A stretch of 64,000 nt of DNA from assembly GCA_043228905.1 (NCBI GenBank), contig JBHGNT010000008.1, positions 14,198,001-14,262,000 of the forward strand. The letters run 5' to 3'. Position 1 is the first letter of the stretch; every line of letters starts with the position of its first letter. The notes under the pieces are model-generated. The model ran no database searches. It worked only from the letters and a program-made list of their open reading frames with translations, and was not told the origin of the DNA. This stretch comes from Azolla caroliniana (taxonomy: Eukaryota > Plantae > Polypodiophyta). Positions 55,836-64,000 of the stretch are shown piece by piece. A program made the translations under genes and the position numbers.

Positions 55836-56292
55836 TGTTGAGCGAGCAAGCTCAACCGGATCCAGATCGGCTGAAGAAGCCTGAGCCGGATCGGCATCCG
55901 GAAGGATGAGTCGGATCGGTATCCAGATGGTATCCGGAAACAACCGGCCGAATCGGGGAGACAGATCGGAGAGCCGGATTCGAGCGGGAACCGGAAACCT
56001 AGTAGTAGCCTAGACTACTAGGTAATCATTGTCTCATAGTTAGTGTTAGTCGCATGTAGGAATATTGAAGTACATGTCAATACTTCTGTCAGTCTTTTAT
56101 GGACTTGTATAAATAGTGTTGTTTAGCACGTTGTATGAACACAGAGTTTTCAGAGTGTTATTTTGAATTGAGTTTATGTTCTGCTCTCTCTCTCTCTCTC
56201 TCTCCCATGCGTATTCTCTGTGTATTAAGCTTCTCCATTAAACCTTCATCTTATTCTCTGTTGCTATCTAGCTAAGCCAGTTCTGTCTAACA
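55836..56292 (+). mobile_element. Copia-family solo LTR without matching TSD
   Basis: Starts TGTTGAGCGAGCAAGCTCAAC (same start motif as the other copia LTRs here), has TATAAATA near 56108, and ends TCTAACA. Flanks ATAAT/CTTCC do not match. Confidence 0.7.
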
Positions 56293-57215
56293 CTTCCGCA
56301 CGTTAACATCTACAAGAAGTTATGTTCTCCGGGTTGTTATTGATTGTGTTGGCCTTGGCCGAATCAACCTCTTCTTCCATGACCTTGTCCTCTTCCTCCA
56401 TCGAAGTTCGAATAGAGCACTTGTCCTTCTTGCACATTGCTTCTTGTTCGAACATGATTCTCCTCAACCAACAACATCGATTAGAAATCAAAGGAGGGAG
56501 AATTCTCCCTTGTGAGGACTGTCGACCGAATGGCTCCGAACTGAGGTGTTAAGCCTCCGAGGAAAATGTGCACCATTTCATCGTCGTCAATGCTAACATT
56601 AATTGACCCGAGGGCATCACACAACTCCTTGATCTTCAAGGTGTAGTTGCCAATTGACATGCATGTCCCTCTGTTGTATACCGTTCAACTCTTGACGGAG
56701 TTGAAGCTTTCTTGCGGTCGTGTTGGTTGCGAAAATCTTCTTGAGGTTCCCCCACGCCTCCTTCAGCGTTTTGGCCTCTCGGATGTAGCTGAGCATGTGA
56801 TCATGGACGCATGATATAAGGCAGTACAATACAACACATGACTCACTGGTTGCTCCCAAGCTGGGTAGTCGACATGTGCTAGGTTGGGTTGATTTTCGTT
56901 TGCTCCTTCCACATAAGTCCAATAGCCTTGGCCGACAAGGTATTGGTGCATCTTGTACTCCCAAGATGGAAAGTTGTTTTTGTTGAGCTTCTCGGTAGGA
57001 AGAGCACTTCCCATCAGAGTGTTCATTGTCGAACTTCTTCTTCTTCTTCTTTGATACGAACTGTGTAGATTGCTGCTACAACGATCATCTAGTTCTTTCC
57101 GAACGCGGGCTTGGGCACAACACACGCAAAGGCGATGGACTTGGATCAAGCTACCACGCGCTTTGATACCATGTAAAGAATCAAATGGATTCTGTGCAAT
57201 AGAATAATTGTGTAT

Positions 57216-57253
<38 letters not shown>

Positions 57254-60200
57254 CAAAAAACTATATTAACAAGGAGACAAGAATGACCAACAAAAAAATT
57301 ACAAAGAGAAAGGAGAATGACAGAAAGTGCACTTAGGATGACCCTATGGAATTGTAACGGCGCACTCTGGGCACACCCCGGCCGCCTAGAGGAGATACTA
57401 AAGGTATCTGATATACTTTTCTTGGTAGAAACACATCAGAGCCCAAATAGAGGACTCCCACGGGTCGAAGGATTCCGTTGGGAGTCCGCTTTTAGACAAA
57501 CCTCACGTCGACACACTACTAGGGGATCTGGAGGTGTCGCGATACTGTTTCGTAGAGAGCTACATAATAGGATAGAAATAATGAAGATAGACCCAGAAGC
57601 TCGTTTTATGTGGGTGAAAGTCTCCACAGGTAAAGACCAGGCAGTATTTTTCACCATTTGTTACTTTCCCCCAAAAGGATCCCGTTATAATATTGGTGGC
57701 TTGGCGAGATTAGTCGATGAAGGAATGCCACATGGGCCTTCTCCATACGAACCCCTATCAGATGACATAATCCGATATTCTACCCAAGGAGAAGTATTTC
57801 TTGTAGGAGACTTCAATGCGAGAACCCAATCCCAACAATGCACAGTATTTCAGATGAATAGAAACCTAGAAATGGTAAATGTTGATCCTTTAGACATAGG
57901 CACCACACGTAGATCAAAGGATCAAGGTGCGGACGCCACGAGCTTTGGCCATCATCTGCTCTAACTTGGCAGTTGGCACCGGATGGTCATATATAATGGT
58001 TTAGCTAAGTGGCCAGGCTCAGAAGAGCTCACATGTTTCCCACATGGAGGAGGGGAAAGCACAGTTGACTATCTAATAGGGCGCCCTGAAGCTACCCACA
58101 TGATTAACTCCTTCCGAGTGGCCCCATGCCCTATTGGTGCAGACCATAGTTTCTTATACTTCGAGCTAAAATGTGATATCTCTAAGGTCACCAAGTCTAG
58201 TCAACCATGCCATCACACCACAATACATTTCACACATGAGCTCTCTGACATATACTCTCAACATGTTCAGGCCCATCTCCCCTCCCTTGATCCCTCCCTA
58301 CCGCTAGAAAGCCTTAGTACAAAACTCACACACATCCTTCACTCCGCAGCAGCTAGCAGTTTCCCATATACAAAACACTCAAATCAAGGTAGATCAGGAT
58401 CAATGCCACAAAATAAATGGTATGACGAGGATTGTAGGGACTTACATAGACAACTTACAGTATCGCAACTCAATGGTAGTATTACCTCCATACAAGCTCG
58501 CAAAGAAACGCGCAAGATGACACGTCGTAAGAGACGAGCGTGGGAAGTATCCCAATATTGGGAACTCTACCATATGCTCATGAGTAGCGATTGCTCCACG
58601 GCATGGAAGAGACTACGAGAGTCAAGACCACAAACACCCATCGAAGATCCCGAAACTTGGCACACATATACAGAGAGACTTTACCAAATCCCAAACCAAC
58701 CACCCATTCCAATGCCTTCCACACCCCGGCCTACCATGGGGACACTTTTCATGACCTCTAGGGTCGTGAAGGTCATAAAGAAATTACAACATAGGAAGTC
58801 CATGAACCACACAGGATTGCGAGCAGAACACATTATATATGCGAGAGAGTGCCTAGCTCCCTTGCTAACACTAATCTTCAATCTTGCCCTTGCGGAGGGT
58901 TTTCCACCACAATGGACTATGAATACAGTGGCCCCCATACATAAAGGGGGGGACCCCATGGACCCAAATACATATAGGACCATTATGATAGGCCATACCC
59001 TTACTAAGTTATATGGTGCAGTAATGGAAGCAGAGCTTAGCGACTATATGGAGACCCTAAACCTTCGTGCACCTGAACAAGCTGGCTTTAGACGAGCCTT
59101 CTCCACTATTGATCATATCTTCACACTTAGATGCCTAATTGACCAAACTAAGGCTCGCAAGAAGAAATTATATTGTTGTTTTGTGGACTTCCGCAAAGCC
59201 TTTGACACAGTCCCTAGAGAGCGGTTGTTTGATAGACTTAAAAGGTTGAGGATACCAGATGATATGGTATGGGCCATCTACGCACTATATGAACAAGTGT
59301 CCAGGTGTGTCTGATGCCCAGGTGGCATATCTAATCGTTTCACTAGCACTATTGGTGTAAAACAAGGTTGCCCCCTATCACCGATGCTTTTTGGGATCTA
59401 CATTGATGAGATCATAGATTTTATTGCTCGTGAGGGAGGCACCGGAGTCGTCCTTGGGGATACGCAGGTTCGTATCTTGCTCTATGCGGATGACATAGTT
59501 TTGCTCTCTGAATACGAACACGACCTACAAAGGCACCTTAATGCCTTAGATGACTTTTGTGTACAACGAGGATTGGTAGTGAATCTAGGGAAAACAAAAG
59601 TCCTTATCTTCCACACATCAGCCCAAGTTAGAGCTAAGTGTCACCTAACTATCTCTCATAGCCCAGTTGAGGTGGTTGGATCATACGTCTATCTCAGAGT
59701 CACTTTTAGTGCCCGCTCAGGTAAATTTTTGATGACACAGGCAGCGAAGGATAGACTCACGAGAGGACATGCATCCCTCTCACTCCTAGAGAGACAATGC
59801 CACCAAGCACACTTTCAAGAGCCACGGACTAAAGGGTGGCTCTTTGACTCATTAGTGACCCCCTCCCTCATGTATGCATCAGCGGTTTGGGCTCCAGGAT
59901 TACCATCTTTCATGTGGACGCAATTAGAGAGACCATTCACGCCAACTCCGAAGCAAATCGACTGTACCACATGACATTATTAGGGCTGAGTTCACGTTAC
60001 CCCCAATGTTAGTAGAGGCACTTTTTCAACTTGTAGTCTTCATTCACAGGATACATAGCCAACCACATGATAGAATATCTCATCAAGCCTTTAAGGCCTC
60101 TCGATCATTGTATGAGTCTGGCTATACTAGCTCATGGTATGGCATGATGGTGAGTTGGCTTCTTGTGAATGGTCTACACATTAATAACCTACCTCCCCTT

Positions 60201-61416
60201 AGGTACAACACACGAGTGATAACACTTTAATCTCTCATGAGGACCGCAATAAAGTAATACGCCAAGAAATATGGCAAATTTACACTCGGTGTAAATGGAT
60301 CACCCCACTAGAGCCACTCCCATCTAAAATGTTGTACTATAAGAAACACTTCATGCACTTCTCTGAGTTAGGTTTTATCACGCGACCAAAATATCTAGAT
60401 GTATTCTTACCACATGCACTAAGGGTTGCCATTGGACAACTTAGAATATCATCTCACCAACTTGAGATTGAGAATGGCCGTACTAGTGGAGTCCCTAGGG
60501 AGGAAAGGATATGTAGGTTATGTCACATAGAGATAGAGGATGAGTACCACTTTACATGCAAGTGTCCAACCTATGCCGAGATAAGGGCAAAATACCAAGA
60601 CATACTTGGTTCGTCTCTCACCCTCCCCAAACTATTAGATACTCTAGATATAAAGAAATTAGGCAAATACATTCTAGAGCTAAAACAACACAGAGAGAAT
60701 TAGTTACAAAATGTTGACAATAATGTTGCTAATGATCACAAACATGTAACAAATGAAGTTTTTCAGGAACAGGAGGAGACAACGAATGTTGACACACTTG
60801 CACCACTCGGCCTTTCCATTGATGAGGCAGAAAACCAAAGAAGAACCAGATGTCCTCGGGTGCCGGGTTTCAAAGCAACTCGATGTGATGTGGAAGCAAC
60901 ATTGAAAATAAGGGAACGTGAGCTACACCGCCTAGAAGCCATGGCTAGGGCACTCTCTACATTGGAACCACGGGTCACACCCACATCAAGACCCTTTGAC
61001 CCCCCACTTCTTTTCGAGAGGCTTGGGTGGAAATAAAATTAGGCTTAGTGTATAGTCACTTTCGAGTATACTACGTATTATACACTACTAGAACTCTTTT
61101 AGTTTAAGTTCTATTTTTTACTTAATTTTATTTTAGTTATGATGATTGGATAAATACTATTTTGTTGTAAACCAATTGTCTCATGGGCCAAATTTGGCCT
61201 TAGAAGACGTTAATATATCTTTCTTTCTTTCTTTCTAAGTTCTCTCACTAGTACAACCTCTTGGGAAAGAGGTCGCGTCTTAACTACTTAAAGAATATGT
61301 GTCATATAACACTAACTTCTATGACACACTAGTTACTATACAAGGAGTGAGGTGTTCACACACTTGAGTATCCTAGAGTGTTCTCACACACGGGAAGTTG
61401 AGTTTGATTCTCAACA
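56293..61416 (-). mobile_element. Truncated Ty1/copia (gag fragment, PBS, 5' LTR interrupted by a LINE)
   Basis: Gag MNTLMGSALPTEKL from 57026; PBS TGGTATCAAAGC at 57171-57160. LTR pieces 57172-~57250 and 61236-61416 resemble the LTR at 10499. Confidence 0.85.
57251..61235 (+). mobile_element. Non-LTR retrotransposon (APE endonuclease + RT + C-terminal Cys/His domain), RTEX-like; ORF about 57317-61036 with stops and frameshifts
   Basis: APE motifs WNCNG, LVETH, VGDFNAR, STVDY and ADH. RT motifs QAGFR, FVDFRKAFDTV, GVKQGCPLSP and LLYADD. C-terminal RICRLCHIEIEDEYHFTCKCPTY. (TTTC)n tail at 61218-61235. Confidence 0.92.
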
Positions 61417-62156
61417 CTCGTTTTATTTTCTTAATGCTAATTTAGATTCTTACAATGGTGAGCTACAAATCCTGGGCATATGGAGCAGGATTCTACTTAA
61501 CTTTCGCAGCCACAAAGGTCAAGAAACCAACAAGTGCCACATGATTGTCTATTAGGGTGCCCTTTTCTCCAAGTTAGTCGGTTAGTTATGTATTTCGGAA
61601 ATGATAGAAGTAAAGTTAATGGTTCACTAATGACAGAGCAAAGTTCGTGACTTATTGATGACACAATTAAAATTTAAGACAGAACGACAAATTAACTACC
61701 CAAGTAAGGTTGATGATGAAAAAACATTAGTTACACAATAATCATAAGGGTAAGAGTAAGGACACACTATCTAACCAAGTAACACTAATCACATACTAAT
61801 CATATAATTAAGAGAGGATTATGATTGATTTGAGGGGGAGAGAGAGAGAGATGGATGGTTGTGGTTGCCTTTGCATGTGCTCCGGATGAGGAGGAGGAGC
61901 CATGGCATGGCTAGCAGAGAAGAGGGTCTGAAGAACATAGTGAATGGAAAATCAGAGCTGGGGGAATTGGGTAAACAGAAAAAACAGAGCAAAAAAAGGT
62001 ACTAGAACGAGAAACAGAGCAGTAAAAGGAAGCAAACAAATAGATGCCAGAGGAAAGAACAGGACAAACTAGATATAGGTATATATCAGAGAAAAGAACA
62101 AGTGAAAACAAGATAGATATAAGAGATAAATCAGAGTAGAAGTAGAAGAAGAAGCT

Positions 62157-63333
62157 ATGGAAGCTTCTTTCTTGTCACCTTCAGCTTCTCTGCTTGGTAT
62201 ATCATCAAACAGAGCATTTGATACATGGAAACATCAGAAACCTTCCATGTCTATGTATGAGTTATCTTTTATTCATATTCATGGAAAGACAAGAAGCCGT
62301 AGAAGAAGAAAAGAAGGAGCTGTGTTTTGCGAGAACACTCTAGAGGTGGAGGAAAAGACAGTAGAGAGAGAGGGATATGGTTTGTTCAAGAAACAATCCC
62401 GAGGATCACCTTTCCCGTTTGGAGCGACATTCAAAGAGAATGGGGTGAACTTTGCAATTCATTCAAGTGCTGCCACTTCGGTCTCATTGTGTCTCTTCAC
62501 TCCATCGGACTTGCAACTGGTACTTCCTCCATAACTCTTTCTTCTACTTTGAGCCTATGTATTTACCTGTGCATCGATGATGATGCTTTACCTATGTATG
62601 CATTAGCATTGCATTGATCATACTATGTGACTTATGGGTCAAATTAATTAGTCTGTATAGCAATTTGCTTAAATGTACAATCTTTATGCATCTGATGAGA
62701 GGACACAGATTTAAGCATCAATCTTGGATTAAAGCTAGAAATGGGCCCAATAAGTAATTCATGAATTAACTGTGCTCTGGAGTATGGGGTTATGTTAATG
62801 GCATTCTGTGAACTATGCAGTAAGTGCTCCTAATAATTAAGTTCATAATCAGGATTGATTTTTATTGCACTTGGGGATGCTAATCTCTAAGATACTAAAC
62901 CAAGAAGCTTACCAACAAAGTGCAATATTGTTGCAACTTATGCCTTCTATCTTTTGTCATATACAGGGCCAAGTTGCGGCAGAGATACTGCTACATCCAC
63001 AAATGAACAAAACTGGGGATGTATGGCATATTCATCTATCTAACACTGTAGATGGTTTGCTCTATGGATACAAAATAGATGGACCGTTTCTACCTCAAAG
63101 TGGCCATAGATACAATCTGAATTGTGTCTTGATTGATCCTTATGCTAAGGTATTGGAAGATTTTGTTCATATTTGTATGAATCCTGATCTCCGTTTGGCA
63201 TATCATACAGTATCTTATTGCCATATCTTTTTATGCAAGCAAGGCTGTTATAAGCAGGGAAACTTTTGGTGTCCCAAGCTCTAATGGCAATTGCTGGCCA
63301 CAAATGGGTGGCATGATTCCACGTGAAATCGAG
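62157..63333 (+). CDS. ISA1: Isoamylase 1 (starch debranching enzyme, GH13/CBM48), first 3 exons: 62157-62519, 62967-63149, 63244-63333; continues beyond the window
   Basis: Transit peptide, then PFGATFKENGVNFAIHS, NKTGDVWHIHL...LLYGYKIDG...IDPYAKAVISRETFG...NCWPQMGGMIP, matching plant ISA1. Phase-0 GT-AG introns. Confidence 0.9.
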
Positions 63334-64000
63334 GTATTTCACTTTCTAGCATAATCAATCAGTTTTATAAAATCTCATTGCACTTCTACCATCTTTTGGG
63401 TTCTGTTTATGTCTAGTAGATGCCAAAGTAAGGGAAGTATGGATGTCAATTTCTTACTCAAAGATACATTATTTTGTTAGATTATTTAAGATTGATTTAG
63501 AGAGAAGAAAAGTGTTGCAAACAGACCCAAGTGATCTTATACACTCATAGATAGTGGAAGAAATGGATTAAAGCGGTGAGATGTGGAACAACAGGGTTCA
63601 GATTAAAGCTTTCTCTGGTATTTCCTGGTATGCAGACGAAAATGTTTTGTATCCAGATACAGTTAGGAACTTCAACACTGACATTGAGCTCCATCTTTGT
63701 TTTTTTCGAGTCGGAAAGAACTTAAAACGTAGTGGCCACACATTTAACAGAAACATTCTAAAAGAAAAAGCTCACCATGTTGTTATATCATGATACTACT
63801 GCACATGATCCACGAGAAGAGCATGTTAAAATCTTGATTCTTACTCCTCCCAAATCACTATCAGAGGATGACTAAGGCCTCCCTTATATACATAGATCAC
63901 CTAGTGCATAGTGGAAACTTGTCTGCCACTTGGTGGAAGCCTATGCATGCTCTTGATTTATACTCTAACCCTTCATTAATCCAACTGAACCCCATCACCA

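Overview
Eukaryotic land-plant nuclear DNA, probably a non-seed plant such as a fern (inference from Tcn1-type chromoviruses, an RTEX-like LINE and (TATG)n/(GA)n microsatellites). There are three intron-containing host genes: a MED26/TFIIS-N-domain gene (- strand, 9 exons, 1294-6905), a two-helix LHC-like (SEP/LIL-type) chloroplast protein gene (+, 4 exons, 35333-39675), and the 5' part of isoamylase ISA1 (+, from 62157). The rest is nested transposons. These include two near-full-length chromodomain Ty3/gypsy elements, a rearranged 1.6-kb derivative, a young RT-less Ty1/copia, further copia/gypsy remnants, solo LTRs, a 5-kb TIR element and two LINEs. The most notable pattern is that at least six otherwise dissimilar LTRs carry an antisense tRNA-like Pol III A-box/B-box cassette with 43-44 nt spacing, usually just inside the LTR 5' end, and two other elements carry similar cassettes. 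The chromoviruses use Tf1-type self-priming, and one copy has its R-U5 segment inverted between the self-primer and the PBS. All coordinates and alignments were read by eye.
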